This document shows, in pieces, positions 44,578 through 55,942 of a stretch of 64,000 bases of DNA. Position 1 is the stretch's first letter. Every line of letters starts with the position of its first letter. A program made the position numbers and the translations under genes. The DNA is from Gammaproteobacteria bacterium. Lineage in GTDB: Bacteria > Pseudomonadota > Gammaproteobacteria > Eutrophobiales > Eutrophobiaceae. A model generated the notes under the pieces. The model searched no databases. It had not been told where the DNA came from and was given only the letters and a program-made list of their open reading frames with translations. The stretch covers positions 1 to 64,000 of the forward strand of contig CAXMWX010000007.1 in assembly GCA_963422205.2 (NCBI GenBank). The letters are read 5' to 3'.

Positions 44578-45441
44578 ATGAATACCATCATTCATCATTT
44601 TTTTGATCCTGATACCCACACGTTCAGCTACCTGGTCGCCGACCGGAACACAGGGGCGTGTGCAGTGATTGATGCCGTCAAGGACTTTGATTATCACTCC
44701 GGCCGAACACACACGCGCTCTGCCGATGAGATCATCCGCACCATCGAACAGGAAAAATACCAGTTGGAATGGATACTGGAGACCCATATCCATGCCGATC
44801 ATCTGTCGGCTGCCTCCTGCATTAAAGAGACGCTGGGCGGCAAGATCGGCATAGGCGAGAAGATCACGGAGGTACAGGAAATATTTCTCACCATTTTCAA
44901 TGCAGAAGAGGGGTTTAGGCCGGATGGCAGGCAGTTTGATCATCTGTTCTGCGATGCTGAGACCTTTACCATCGGCACACTGGAAGGCACTGTTCTGCAT
45001 ACACCGGGCCACACGCCCGCCTGTGTCACCTATGCGATTGCCGGCCGGTTATTCGTTGGCGATACGGTATTCATGCCGGATGTGGGTACGGCGAGGGCGG
45101 ATTTTCCGGGGGGTGATCCGAGACAGCTCTATCGCTCGATTAAAAAGATCCTCGCCTACCCTGATGATACCCGCATCATGATCTGCCACGATTATCCACC
45201 GGATGGTCGCACTACTACCCGCTTTCAGACCACCGTGGCCGAGCAGCGCCGTGATAATATCCAGGTGCATGATGGTATCCGTGAAGCTGACTACATCGCA
45301 CTCCGGGCAGCACGGGATAACACCCTGCCGATGCCAACGCTGATGATTCCCTCAGTACAAATCAACATACGAGGAGGTAAACTGCCACCCATTGAAAAAA
45401 ACGGTGTGCGCTATATCAAAGTGCCGCTGGATTTGCTTTAG
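44578..45441 (+). CDS. Persulfide dioxygenase (ETHE1/Blh-like MBL fold)
   Basis: ETHIHADHLS, HTPGHTPAC, GDTVFMPD.GTARADFPGG, CHDY. Confidence 0.88.
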   Translation: MNTIIHHFFDPDTHTFSYLVADRNTGACAVIDAVKDFDYHSGRTHTRSADEIIRTIEQEKYQLEWILETHIHADHLSAASCIKETLGGKIGIGEKITEVQEIFLTIFNAEEGFRPDGRQFDHLFCDAETFTIGTLEGTVLHTPGHTPACVTYAIAGRLFVGDTVFMPDVGTARADFPGGDPRQLYRSIKKILAYPDDTRIMICHDYPPDGRTTTRFQTTVAEQRRDNIQVHDGIREADYIALRAARDNTLPMPTLMIPSVQINIRGGKLPPIEKNGVRYIKVPLDLL

Positions 45442-45637
45442 GCCGCTTTGATCAGGCTGGCAACTGCTTGCCTGATGTTGACCGACAGACGGTCATGGCC
45501 TGGCAGGTCCGGCACATCTGCTCACAGCGCTTGAGTTCAGGCCGCCGGCCGTCTTAACAGAAGAATAGCTTAGGACTGAACTGACAGCGCATTATTAGTG
45601 CATTATTATTGCAACCCTGTAACCGGAGGTAGATAAC

Positions 45638-47008
45638 ATGATCCCCATTAACCACTTCAAGGCCGGTATGGCCGCTTTCGCCCTGCTCATCCCGCTGCTG
45701 CTGTCTTTTGCCCTGACCGCGCGGGCCGATGAGACCTGTATGTCGCCTTATATGGCCAAGATCGCCGGGCAGGAAGATTTTGTTTATGTCTGGACACTGG
45801 GCATGGAGGGGCTGGGCGATGAGCAGGACAAACTGGTCACCATCGCCGTCAATCCGGCATCTGCTGATTACGGCAGGATCGTGCATACGCTGTCAGTTGG
45901 CGGCAGAAATGAAGCACACCATTCCGGCCTGACCGATGACAGGCGTTACCTGTGGGCGGCGGGGCTGGATACCAGCAGGATTTTTATCTTTGATGTGCAT
46001 TCCGACCCGGCCCGGCCGGCATTGCACAAGAGCATCGATAATTTTGTGGCGCAAAGCGGCGGGGTGGTTGGCCCGCATACAGCCTATGCGCTGCCCGGGC
46101 GGATGTTGATTACCGCCCTGTCCAACGATAAAGATCACGGCGGCAGGACGGCAATGGTTGAATACACCAATGCCGGCGATTATGTAGCCACCTACTGGAT
46201 GCCGACCGATGAGCATCTCAACGGGGCGGTGAAATCGGGCAATTTCGCTGATGGCTATGGTTATGATGTGCGCGCCCTGCCCCGGCGTAACGTCATGGTC
46301 ACCTCCTCATTCACCGGCTGGAACAATTACATGATGGATCTCAGCAAGATGATGGCCGATGCCGAGGCGATGAAGCGCTTTGGCAATACCGTGGTGATAT
46401 GGGACCTGCACGCCAGGCAGCCGAAAAAGATCCTCGATGTGCCCGGTGCGCCCCTGGAGATTCGCTGTGCCTGGGGGGATAATAATAATTACTGTTTTAC
46501 CACCACAGCCCTGACCTCAAAAATCTGGTTAATCCATGAGGATGACAACGGCGACTGGCAGGCCAGCCCGGTGGCCGATATCGGCGATGCCAGCAAAATC
46601 CCGCTGCCGGTGGACATCTCCATCAGCGCCGATGATTCTCTGTTGTGGGTCAACACCTGGAATGACGGGCTGACCCGTGTCTATGACATCTCTGATCCGC
46701 ACCAGGCAAAGGCGATCTATCAGGAGAGAATTGGTCAGCAGGTCAATATGCTCTCGCAAAGCTGGGATGGCAGGCGAGTGTATTTCACCTCATCGTTGTT
46801 ATCTAACTGGGACAAAGCCGGCCCGGGCGATGATGTGCAATACTTCAAGGCGTATCTGTGGGATGGCGAGAAGCTGGCGCACCAGTTCAGCATTGACTTT
46901 ATCGGCGAGAAGCTGGGCGCACCTCATCAGATGCGTTTTGGCTCTTATGCGCTGTATGGCAAACCTCATCCGTCCACGTCCGTGAACGCTGTTGCTGCCC
47001 GGCCATAA
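45638..47008 (+). CDS. mtoX: Methanethiol oxidase (SBP56 family), secreted
   Basis: Signal peptide then DETCMSPY; EAHH, GPH, SSFTGW, LLSNWD, HQMRFG; followed by SCO/MauG genes; RBS GGAGG. Confidence 0.88.
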   Translation: MIPINHFKAGMAAFALLIPLLLSFALTARADETCMSPYMAKIAGQEDFVYVWTLGMEGLGDEQDKLVTIAVNPASADYGRIVHTLSVGGRNEAHHSGLTDDRRYLWAAGLDTSRIFIFDVHSDPARPALHKSIDNFVAQSGGVVGPHTAYALPGRMLITALSNDKDHGGRTAMVEYTNAGDYVATYWMPTDEHLNGAVKSGNFADGYGYDVRALPRRNVMVTSSFTGWNNYMMDLSKMMADAEAMKRFGNTVVIWDLHARQPKKILDVPGAPLEIRCAWGDNNNYCFTTTALTSKIWLIHEDDNGDWQASPVADIGDASKIPLPVDISISADDSLLWVNTWNDGLTRVYDISDPHQAKAIYQERIGQQVNMLSQSWDGRRVYFTSSLLSNWDKAGPGDDVQYFKAYLWDGEKLAHQFSIDFIGEKLGAPHQMRFGSYALYGKPHPSTSVNAVAARP

Positions 47009-48968
47009 CATCCAACCCGCCCGGCTTCTGTATCGGCCTCACCTGCCGGTCGCATCACATACGATCGGCAGCCTCCTGTTGTGCATGACGCTCTCTGCCC
47101 AGGCGCACAAAGAACATGACAGCGGGCATGACCAAGCGGCACCCGCCGCCATCCTGGCGCCCGGCTACCACAGCCTGACATTCACCGCACCGGCGGCGGG
47201 CAGTTACTCCCTGCCCGTCCTGTTCCAGGCCGCCGATGGACAGGTGCTGGATAGCGATGGCAACCGCATCAATTTACAGCAACTGCTAGGCGATAAATAT
47301 GTGTTGCTGAGTTTTATCTATACCTCCTGCGATGATGTCAATGGCTGCCCGCTGGCGACTTATGTGCTGGGGCAGGTGCAAAAGCGCATCGTTCGGGAAA
47401 CGTCCCTGAAAGATGTGGTACGCATGATCAGCATCAGCTTTGATTCGGAGAGGGATACCCCTGCCGTCATGAAAAATTACGCCGCACACTTTAACCCGGC
47501 CGGGTTTGACTGGCGGTTCCTGACCACAGCATCCGAGCGAGAATTACAACCGCTGCTGAAAAACTATAACCAGTCAGTCAGCAAGGCGACCGATGAGCAT
47601 GGCAATGAGACGGGCAATATCGCCCATATCCTGCGGGTGTTGCTGCTGGATAAGCAGGGTGCGGTCAGGAACATCTACAGCGTTGCTTTTTTACATGCAG
47701 ATACCCTGATTAACGATTTAAAGACGCTGCAAATCAGCGATAGCAGCACAGCCAGAAAGACCCCCTTGCCGCCGTCCTCTGCCGTGGTGCGGCCGGGGGC
47801 GGGCGATGATAAAACCGGGTATGAGCGGGACGATTACCGCACACAATCGAAAAGCCTCAGCCAGCGCACCGGCCGGCATAGTAACCTTCTGGCACAGGCA
47901 AGCCATCCGCCATCAGGGCTGGATAAGCCCGATATTCCGGCGGATAATCCGCTCACTGCCGCCAAGGTTCTGCTTGGCCGGCAGTTGTTTTTTGATCGGC
48001 GCTTGTCACACAATAACACCATCTCCTGTGCCATGTGCCATATCCCCGAACAGGGATTTACCAGCCAGGAGCTGGCCACGGCAGTGGGGATGGAGGGACG
48101 CACGGTTCGGCGTAATGCGCCGACACTCTACAACATCGCCTACGCAAAACGGCTGTTTCATGATGCGAGGGAGTTCAGCCTGGAACAGCAAATCTGGTCA
48201 CCCCTGCTGGCCCATAATGAAATGGCGAATCCTGCCATCGGCCATCTCCTGCACAAGCTACGCACATTGCCTGACTACCGACAGCGTTTTGCTGAAATCT
48301 TTCCCGATGAAGGCGTCACCATGGCGACCCTGGGCAAGGCACTGGCCAGCTACCAGCGCACCCTGATCTCCGCCAACAGCACCTTCGATCGCTGGTATTA
48401 CGGCAAAGAAGCAGATGCCATGACCGAGGAGGCCATCGCCGGTTTCCGTTTATTCACCGGCAAGGCAAACTGCATCCACTGTCACAGCATAGGCAAGAAA
48501 ACAGCCATGTTTACCGACCATCGGCTGCACAACACCGGCATCGGTTATCGGGCGTCCATGTATCCGCCACCGAGGCAGCGGCACGTACACATCGCCCCCG
48601 GCGCCACAGTCACGATAGACACGGCAGCCATCACCAGCACCAGTGAAACCCGCCCCGGTGATTTGGGCTATTATGAGATCAGCGGCGACCCGGCAGATCG
48701 CTGGAAATACCGCACCCCGACATTAAGAAATATTGCCCTGACAGCACCGTATATGCACGATGGCTCGCTGGCCACGTTAAGCGATGTGATCGCATTTTAT
48801 AATCGGGGGGGAGTCAGCAACGACCTGCTCGATCCCCTGCTCCGTCCGCTGGGGCTGGATGCGGCTGAGGCGGCGGCCTTGCTGGCGTTTTTACATGCGC
48901 TGACCGGCGATAACATCGAGACGGTGATCAGCGATGCCTTTGCCCAGCCGGTCGGCAATGTGGAATAA
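46992..48968 (+). CDS. SCO1/SenC-MauG (di-heme cytochrome c peroxidase) fusion
   Basis: SCO domain (FIYTSCDDVNGCP, ISFDSERD, AH) joined to a CcP/MauG domain (CAMCH, RNAPT, CIHCH, TPTLRNIALTAPYMHDG). Start uncertain. Confidence 0.87.
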   Translation: MLPGHNIQPARLLYRPHLPVASHTIGSLLLCMTLSAQAHKEHDSGHDQAAPAAILAPGYHSLTFTAPAAGSYSLPVLFQAADGQVLDSDGNRINLQQLLGDKYVLLSFIYTSCDDVNGCPLATYVLGQVQKRIVRETSLKDVVRMISISFDSERDTPAVMKNYAAHFNPAGFDWRFLTTASERELQPLLKNYNQSVSKATDEHGNETGNIAHILRVLLLDKQGAVRNIYSVAFLHADTLINDLKTLQISDSSTARKTPLPPSSAVVRPGAGDDKTGYERDDYRTQSKSLSQRTGRHSNLLAQASHPPSGLDKPDIPADNPLTAAKVLLGRQLFFDRRLSHNNTISCAMCHIPEQGFTSQELATAVGMEGRTVRRNAPTLYNIAYAKRLFHDAREFSLEQQIWSPLLAHNEMANPAIGHLLHKLRTLPDYRQRFAEIFPDEGVTMATLGKALASYQRTLISANSTFDRWYYGKEADAMTEEAIAGFRLFTGKANCIHCHSIGKKTAMFTDHRLHNTGIGYRASMYPPPRQRHVHIAPGATVTIDTAAITSTSETRPGDLGYYEISGDPADRWKYRTPTLRNIALTAPYMHDGSLATLSDVIAFYNRGGVSNDLLDPLLRPLGLDAAEAAALLAFLHALTGDNIETVISDAFAQPVGNVE

Positions 48969-48969
48969 G

Positions 48970-50304
48970 CTAAACCGGCTCGGCAAAATCCGTATCGTGC
49001 TTGAAAAACCACTCCCTGCCCTTGAGCATGTAATGCCAGTAAAAGAAAGGCAGTGCCGTGATCTTGATCCACCAGTTCAGCCAGCGCTCCTTGCGTGGGT
49101 CTAAGGGGAAAGTGGGCGTGACCTTGCCGCCATAAATAAATTCCGCCAGGATCGCCTTGCCGTAAGCCGTGGTCAGCGGACAGGAACCATAGCCATCGTA
49201 CCCTGAATCCAACTCCCCGCCCTTCAGCAGGGTCAGAATATTGCCGGCCACAACGGGCGACTGTTTGCGGATGGCCGCCGCCGTCTTGGAATTCGGCGTC
49301 GAACACGCATCCCCCAGCGCAAAGATATTTTTATGCTGGCGGTGCTGCATCGTATGCTGATCGACATCCACATACCCCGCCTCGTTTACCAGCGTGCTGG
49401 CCTTGAGAAAGTCGGCTGTCGGTTGTGGCGGGGTAAAGTGCAGCAGATCAAAACCCAGAGCGACCGACTCCCCGGCCTTATCGCCGCCCACCACCTGAAA
49501 GGTCGCAGTCTTGTTCCTGGCATCAATCGCCGTCAGGTTATGCTCAAAATGCACATGAATGCCATACCGATCGGCCACCTTCCGTAATTCTCTGGCAAAA
49601 AAAGGCACACCGAACATGCCGGGCGCATGCGTTAGAAAATGCAACTCGCAAGATGCAAGCAAGCCTTTCTTTTGCAGATAATCGGCGGCCAGATAGGCGA
49701 TTTTCTGTGGTGCGCCCGGGCATTTGAACGGCAAAGGCGGCTGGGTAAATAACAGCCTATCCCCTGATTTTACCTGTTGCAGAGACTCCCAGGTATATTC
49801 CACGTGCTCGGGCGAGTAATTACTGCAAATCTGCTGCGTGCCGAGCGCATCCGCCCCGGCAATACTCTCCCAGTCAAGCACCAGCCCGGGGCAGACAATC
49901 AGGTACTGATAGGCAATCACCTTACCATCGTCCAACATGAGTTGATTATTATACGGCTGAAAAGAGATCACGGCCTGTTGATGCCAGTGTACGCCCGTGG
50001 GGATGAGAGTCGCCTCCGGCCGGCGGGTTTGTTGTAATGTGTAACACCCGGCACCGACCAGTGTAAAAGCGGGCTGGTAGTAATGATGCTCGGCCGGGTC
50101 AATGATAGCGATATCGATATGCTGTCCGGCCTTGCGAGCCAGGCTCGCCGCCACAGTAATACCCGCCGCACCACCGCCGACAATGACAATCTGGTGTTGC
50201 TTGTCAGGCTGTCTGGCTGACGTATCATCCTCGCCCATCGGGAATTTACTGTCCGGATTACGCGGATTGCGTACCGTTGGATAAGTACCCTCTATATTGG
50301 CCAT
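48970..50304 (-). CDS. sqr: Sulfide:quinone oxidoreductase (type II-like)
   Basis: GGGAAG, HYYQP, KCPGAPQK, KTAAA, YGSCPL. Confidence 0.88.
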   Translation of the reverse strand: MANIEGTYPTVRNPRNPDSKFPMGEDDTSARQPDKQHQIVIVGGGAAGITVAASLARKAGQHIDIAIIDPAEHHYYQPAFTLVGAGCYTLQQTRRPEATLIPTGVHWHQQAVISFQPYNNQLMLDDGKVIAYQYLIVCPGLVLDWESIAGADALGTQQICSNYSPEHVEYTWESLQQVKSGDRLLFTQPPLPFKCPGAPQKIAYLAADYLQKKGLLASCELHFLTHAPGMFGVPFFARELRKVADRYGIHVHFEHNLTAIDARNKTATFQVVGGDKAGESVALGFDLLHFTPPQPTADFLKASTLVNEAGYVDVDQHTMQHRQHKNIFALGDACSTPNSKTAAAIRKQSPVVAGNILTLLKGGELDSGYDGYGSCPLTTAYGKAILAEFIYGGKVTPTFPLDPRKERWLNWWIKITALPFFYWHYMLKGREWFFKHDTDFAEPV

Positions 50305-50475
50305 GCTGTCTCTCCCAAGCCTTTCGAATATGCGTCTTTGAATTATAACGCGAAACGGCCTGCATAGGCGTTTTTTAAGCCGCCCAACATCCGTGCGGCG
50401 AATATGACAGGCGGTATGAAGAATCTGCCCTCGTTATTTTCTGGGGAATAGACTATACTGCGCCCGCAAGATACG

Positions 50476-50548
50476 TTGTCTGAGGAGCGTTGCGACGGGT
50501 ACTCTGCCCGCCAGGCTCAGGCAATGCTTCACCCCAACGACGCTCGCT
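50476..50548 (+). ncRNA. SAH riboswitch upstream of metH
   Basis: CTGAGGAGCGTTGCGACGGG-loop-CCCGCCAGGCTCAG...CAACGACGCTC matches the SAH aptamer pattern; GAGCGTTG can pair with CAACGACGCTC as a pseudoknot. Confidence 0.85.
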
Positions 50549-50630
50549 TGACTGTTTGCACGACAACAAAAGCGAGATGATCAGCCTGCTGTCCCGCCCT
50601 GTTTGCCTGCAACTTACATGATGAGCGTGC

Positions 50631-53600
50631 TTGATGATGCGGGAGAAATCAAACAAGGCGAGCCAGATCACGCTGCAAGCCCTGCTGGCAGAGCGTATCG
50701 TCATCCTGGATGGGGCGATGGGCACGACCCTGCAACAGGCCGGCCTGACTGAGGCAGATTATACCAATACCGAGCTTGGTAGCCGGACATCAAAATCGCT
50801 GAAAGGCAATCATGAATTACTCGCCCTGACGCGCCCGGACCTGCTGCAACAGGTGCACGAGGCGTTTTTGCTGGCCGGTGCCGATATTATCGAAACCAAT
50901 ACCTTCGGCGCCAATGCCCTGGCGCAGCAGGATTTCTTTATCACATCGGCGGGGGGGCGCAAGGATCAACGCTATTTCGATACCGTGCTGGCCGATGTTG
51001 AGTTGAATCACCTCATCGCCGAGATTAATCATGCGGCGGTCAAGGCGGCACGTTGTGCCATTGATGCTGTTCATGCCAGGGACAAGCAGCCCCGGTTTTT
51101 GGCCGGTGCCATCGGCCCTACCCCCGTCAGTGCCTGCACCGTTGTCGATGTGAATGATCCCGGCTTTAGGCCGATTAACTTCGAGCAGTTGTCCGAGGCC
51201 TACTATCAGCAGGCGCAGGCATTAATCGATGCCGGCGTTGATCTGATTCTGCTGGAGACCATTTTCGATACCTTGAATGCAAAAGCGGCCATCTTCGCAC
51301 TGGAGCAGCTATTTGCAGAGCGGCGCCAGCGCCTGCCCCTGATGATATCCGGGACGATGACAGATCGCGCCGGGCGTACCCTGAGCGGGCAGACGGCCGA
51401 GGCATTCTGGTATTCCGTCAGGCATGCAGAGCCGCTCAGTATCGGCTTAAATTGTGCGTTAGGCCCCGATCTGCTGCGCCCCTATGTAGCCGAGTTAAGT
51501 GAGAAAGCCGATACGTATCTTTGCATCTACCCAAATGCCGGGCTGCCTGATCCGCTGCTGCCCACCGGCTTCCCGGAAACCCCGGAATCACTCGCACCCC
51601 AGATACGTGAATGGGCCAAGGCAGGTTTTCTGAATATTATCGGCGGCTGCTGCGGCACCTTGCCGGCCCACATCAAGGCGATCAAGGAAGCCGTTACCGG
51701 CCTGCCCCCCCGAACCCCTCCCAGTATCACACGCTACTGCCGCCTGAGCGGCCTTGAGCCATTGACCATCACGCCGGAGGTCAATTTTGTCAATGTCGGC
51801 GAACGGGCCAATGTGGCCGGCTCGCCCCAGTTCCTGCGCCTGATAAAAGCAGACAAACTGGATGAGGCCCTGCAGGTCGCCAAACAGCAGGTGGAAAACG
51901 GCGCCCAGATTATCGACATCTGCATGGATGAGGGGATGCTGGATTCGGAAGCCCTGATGCAGCGATTTCTCCACTTGATCGCTGCCGAGCCTGACATCAG
52001 CCGTGTGCCGGTGATGATCGATTCTTCAAAATGGCGCGTGCTGGAAACCGGCTTGCGCTGTGTGCAGGGGAAAAGCATCGTCAATTCCATCAGCCTGAAG
52101 GAAGGCGAGGAGAAATTTATCCAGCAGGCGCATCTGGTACGCCGCTACGGTGCGGCGGTGGTGGTCATGGGGTTTGATGAGCAGGGCCAAGCAGATACCA
52201 CGGCCCGGCGTTTTGAGGTCGCCAGGCGCGCTTATGATATCCTGGTGAACAAAATTGGTTTTCCCCCTGAGGATATTATCTTCGATCCGAATATCCTCAC
52301 GGTGGCCACCGGCATGGCGGAGCATAACCAGTATGCGGTGTCATTTTTCGAAGCGACCCGGCTGATTAAAGACAAGCTGCCGCATGCGCTGATCAGTGGC
52401 GGCCTGAGTAACGTCTCTTTTTCTTTTCGCGGCAATCATCCGGTGCGTGCCGCCATGCACTTGGCCTTTCTTTATCATGCGATTAAGGCCGGTATGGATA
52501 TGGCGATCGTCAATGCCGGTCAGTTGGGTATCTATGATGAGATAGCCCCTGAGCTGCTGGAGAGAATCGAAGATGTGTTGTTCGATCGGCATGCCGATGC
52601 CACGGATGCCCTGGTGGAATTCGCCGCCACTGTCAAGGCAGAACCCGGCGACAAACACACCGGGGCTGATCTCAGCTGGCGTCATGCCCCGGTACAGCAA
52701 CGCCTGACCCACGCCCTGGTCAAAGGGATAGATGATTACATCATCGATGATACCGAAGAGGCACGCCTGCAATTTGCGCGTCCGTTACAGCTCATAGAAG
52801 GCCCGCTGATGGATGGCATGGGTGTGGTCGGCGATTTGTTCGGCGCAGGCAAAATGTTCCTGCCACAGGTGGTAAAAAGCGCACGGGTCATGAAAAAAGC
52901 GGTGGCACACCTCATCCCATTCATAGAGCAGGAAAAAGAAAAAAGCGGTGCTGCCCATAGCAACGGCAGGATCATCATGGCGACAGTCAAAGGCGATGTG
53001 CACGACATTGGTAAAAATATCGTCGGGGTCGTCCTGCAATGCAATAACTTTGAGGTGATTGATCTCGGCGTAATGATCCCGGCCGAGCAGATATTAGAGA
53101 CCGCCAGAGAAGAGAACGCCGATCTCATTGGCCTTAGCGGGTTGATCACGCCCTCCCTGGATGAGATGGTACACATCGCCCAGGAGATGCAACGGCTCAA
53201 CTACCCGCTGCCCTTGTTGATCGGCGGGGCTACTACCTCAAAGGCACATACCGCCGTCAAGATAGCACCGCAATATGATCGGCCAGTGATACACGTCAAA
53301 GATGCCTCACGGGCGGTCGGGGTCGCCCAGCGCCTGATCAGCCGTGAACTCAGCGCCGATTTTGTGCAGCAAACCCAAGCGGAATACCAGCGCCTGCGTG
53401 AACGCCATGCACAAAAAAACACAAAGATCGACTGGCTGACCTTATCACAGGCAAGGGCAAACAAGTTTCAGACCGACTGGCAGAATGTGCAGATACACAG
53501 GCCGAAGCAACCCGGTATACACACCTTCACTGACTACCCGTTGCAGGAGGTGATCGATTATATCGACTGGACACCTTTCTTCATCGCCTGGGAGCTGGCG

Positions 53601-54422
53601 GGGAAATACCCTCGCATACTCAGTGATGCGGTTGTGGGTGAACAGGCCAGGCGCCTGTACCGAGATGCCTGTACCATGCTGAGGCAACTGGTGACAGAAA
53701 AATGGTTCACCGCCCGGGCTGTCGTTGGCCTGTTCCCGGCCAATGCAATCGATGATGATGACATCGTGATTGATACCGCTGCCACCGGCCGAAGCGAGCA
53801 ACAACGATTGCACACATTAAGACAGCAAACCCGCAAGCCTGACTCACAGCCCAATTATGCACTGGCGGATTTTATCGCCCCGGTGGCCAGCGGGCTGACG
53901 GACTATATCGGTGCATTTGCCGTGGCGGCCGGGTTTGGCATGGATGAGCAAATCTGTGCATTTGAACAGGCATACGATGATTACAGCGCCATCATGCTCA
54001 AGGCCCTGGCAGACAGGCTGGCCGAGGCCCTGGCAGAGCGCCTGCATGAGAAGGTGCGGCAAACGATCTGGGGGTATCAAGCCGATGAAACCCTGGATAA
54101 CCAGGCCCTTATTGCAGAAAAATACCAGGGGATCCGCCCTGCCCCGGGCTACCCCGCCAGCCCGGATCACACAGAAAAACAGGCGATATGGCGCTTATTG
54201 CAGGTTGAAGAGAACACTGGCATTACCCTGACAGAGAGTTATGCCATGTACCCGGCGGCGGCGGTCAGTGGTTTATACTTTGCCCATCCCGAAGCGTGCT
54301 ATTTTGGTCTGGGCAAGATCAATCGGGATCAGGTGGCCGATTATGCGAATCGCAAACAGATGGGGATTACAGAGATTGAAAGGTGGCTTGGGCCAAGCCT
54401 TGGCTATGAACCGGAAGCATAA
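50631..54422 (+). CDS. metH: B12-dependent methionine synthase
   Basis: LDGAMGT, GGCCGT, pterin-binding domain, [11 protein letters not shown] cobalamin motif, RPAPGYP reactivation domain. Confidence 0.97.
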   Translation: MMMREKSNKASQITLQALLAERIVILDGAMGTTLQQAGLTEADYTNTELGSRTSKSLKGNHELLALTRPDLLQQVHEAFLLAGADIIETNTFGANALAQQDFFITSAGGRKDQRYFDTVLADVELNHLIAEINHAAVKAARCAIDAVHARDKQPRFLAGAIGPTPVSACTVVDVNDPGFRPINFEQLSEAYYQQAQALIDAGVDLILLETIFDTLNAKAAIFALEQLFAERRQRLPLMISGTMTDRAGRTLSGQTAEAFWYSVRHAEPLSIGLNCALGPDLLRPYVAELSEKADTYLCIYPNAGLPDPLLPTGFPETPESLAPQIREWAKAGFLNIIGGCCGTLPAHIKAIKEAVTGLPPRTPPSITRYCRLSGLEPLTITPEVNFVNVGERANVAGSPQFLRLIKADKLDEALQVAKQQVENGAQIIDICMDEGMLDSEALMQRFLHLIAAEPDISRVPVMIDSSKWRVLETGLRCVQGKSIVNSISLKEGEEKFIQQAHLVRRYGAAVVVMGFDEQGQADTTARRFEVARRAYDILVNKIGFPPEDIIFDPNILTVATGMAEHNQYAVSFFEATRLIKDKLPHALISGGLSNVSFSFRGNHPVRAAMHLAFLYHAIKAGMDMAIVNAGQLGIYDEIAPELLERIEDVLFDRHADATDALVEFAATVKAEPGDKHTGADLSWRHAPVQQRLTHALVKGIDDYIIDDTEEARLQFARPLQLIEGPLMDGMGVVGDLFGAGKMFLPQVVKSARVMKKAVAHLIPFIEQEKEKSGAAHSNGRIIMATVKGDVHDIGKNIVGVVLQCNNFEVIDLGVMIPAEQILETAREENADLIGLSGLITPSLDEMVHIAQEMQRLNYPLPLLIGGATTSKAHTAVKIAPQYDRPVIHVKDASRAVGVAQRLISRELSADFVQQTQAEYQRLRERHAQKNTKIDWLTLSQARANKFQTDWQNVQIHRPKQPGIHTFTDYPLQEVIDYIDWTPFFIAWELAGKYPRILSDAVVGEQARRLYRDACTMLRQLVTEKWFTARAVVGLFPANAIDDDDIVIDTAATGRSEQQRLHTLRQQTRKPDSQPNYALADFIAPVASGLTDYIGAFAVAAGFGMDEQICAFEQAYDDYSAIMLKALADRLAEALAERLHEKVRQTIWGYQADETLDNQALIAEKYQGIRPAPGYPASPDHTEKQAIWRLLQVEENTGITLTESYAMYPAAAVSGLYFAHPEACYFGLGKINRDQVADYANRKQMGITEIERWLGPSLGYEPEA

Positions 54423-54528
54423 TCATAACAGGTGCAAACAAAGCGGCGTACCAGGCGGTTGATCTGTGATCATCATGTATTCTCATCATGCCGGGGTAAT
54501 CGCTTGCCGCCTTGTTCTGGCGGGCTTG

Positions 54529-55695
54529 TCAATCCCGGCGCAATCCGGGGTTGGTGGCCACCGGGGTAGGATAGGTTGAGACGATGAGATAAGACGACAC
54601 CAGAAAGGTCAGCAGTGTGGCAAGCTGAATCAGGTAAGAGGTTTGCTCATTAATATACCCTGAGCCGACCGCCAGCACGGCGATCAAAAATGAAAACTCA
54701 CTCACTTGCCCTAAGCGAAAGCCCACTTCCTGCGAAATTTTTTCATCCTCCCCGGCCTTGATAAAGATGATCTTGAAGACGATGGGCTTTAGCCACAGCA
54801 CAGCCGTTGCCAGTACCAAGGCCGGCAGTATAATCTGGGGCAGCATGTCCATGTTAAACAAGGCGCCCAGGGAGAAGAAAAAGATGATCAGAAAAAAGTC
54901 GCGCAGGGGTTTGAGTTTCTCTGTGATAAAAAACGCAATCGGACTGGATGCCAGGGTGATGCCAGCAATGAAGGCGCCAATTTCATGTGACAAGCCCAGG
55001 ATGACGGCCAACTCGGCGATAGCCATGCACCAGGCAATGGCCAGCAGAAATACATACTCATGGATCTGATCGAATTTCGTAATCAGGCGCATCAGGATAA
55101 AGCGCTCCAGCAGCCAGCTGATGGCAATCAAAACCGGCAAGGCGATTAACTGCATGGCAATGTCATGCAGCAGATTGCCGCCTTTGCCGTAGCCCTGTAG
55201 CAGCAGCAGGACAATGATGGCCAGCAGATCCTGGATCAATAACACACTGATGATGATCTGGCCGGTGTGGCGATGATGCAGTGTCGTTGTCGGCAGCAGT
55301 TTTACGCCGATAATCGTGCTGGAGAACATCAACGTGGCACCGATCAAGACCGCCTCGGTCAAGGCATAGGAGAAACCCAGCATGATGAACAGCCCGATGA
55401 GAAAAAACAGCCATGAACTGAGCAAGGTCGTCCACAGGGCTTCACCCAGCATACGCCAAAGCTGTTGTGGCAGCAGGTCAAGGCCAAGCAGATAGAGCAG
55501 AAAGATAATGCCCATATTGGAGATGTCGGCAATCAGCTCGGTATCGCTCACCAAAGCGAGGCCCGAGGGGCCGAGCAAAATGCCAAGGATGATATAGGCA
55601 ACGAGCATGGCCTGCCTGGCATACAGGGCGAGTGTCGCTAACACGGCGGCACCGGCAAAGATGAGAAAGATAGAGAATTCGATGGAGTTTTGCAC
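54529..55695 (-). CDS. Cation:proton antiporter (CPA2 family)
   Basis: Multi-TM protein with FSST, LIQDL, GAFIAG, RDFF and QVSEF. Confidence 0.85.
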   Translation of the reverse strand: MQNSIEFSIFLIFAGAAVLATLALYARQAMLVAYIILGILLGPSGLALVSDTELIADISNMGIIFLLYLLGLDLLPQQLWRMLGEALWTTLLSSWLFFLIGLFIMLGFSYALTEAVLIGATLMFSSTIIGVKLLPTTTLHHRHTGQIIISVLLIQDLLAIIVLLLLQGYGKGGNLLHDIAMQLIALPVLIAISWLLERFILMRLITKFDQIHEYVFLLAIAWCMAIAELAVILGLSHEIGAFIAGITLASSPIAFFITEKLKPLRDFFLIIFFFSLGALFNMDMLPQIILPALVLATAVLWLKPIVFKIIFIKAGEDEKISQEVGFRLGQVSEFSFLIAVLAVGSGYINEQTSYLIQLATLLTFLVSSYLIVSTYPTPVATNPGLRRD

Positions 55696-55942
55696 CGGAC
55701 AGGCAACCTGGTCAAAGTGAAAAAATCAGTGTTACAGTATACCCTACACAAGCTCGGACAGTCTGTATTTACCTTGATAAATCAATCGTTTAATATGCCA
55801 TCAAACACCTGAAAATTTTTATTGTAAATTCATGTGCCATTGGTAAGATGCTGATTTAATAATAAAAAACGTATGGCTATTATACCCGTAACTGACCTTG
55901 ACAGTGGCTGTCGTCATCACCTAATAACCCCGGGGAGAGAAC

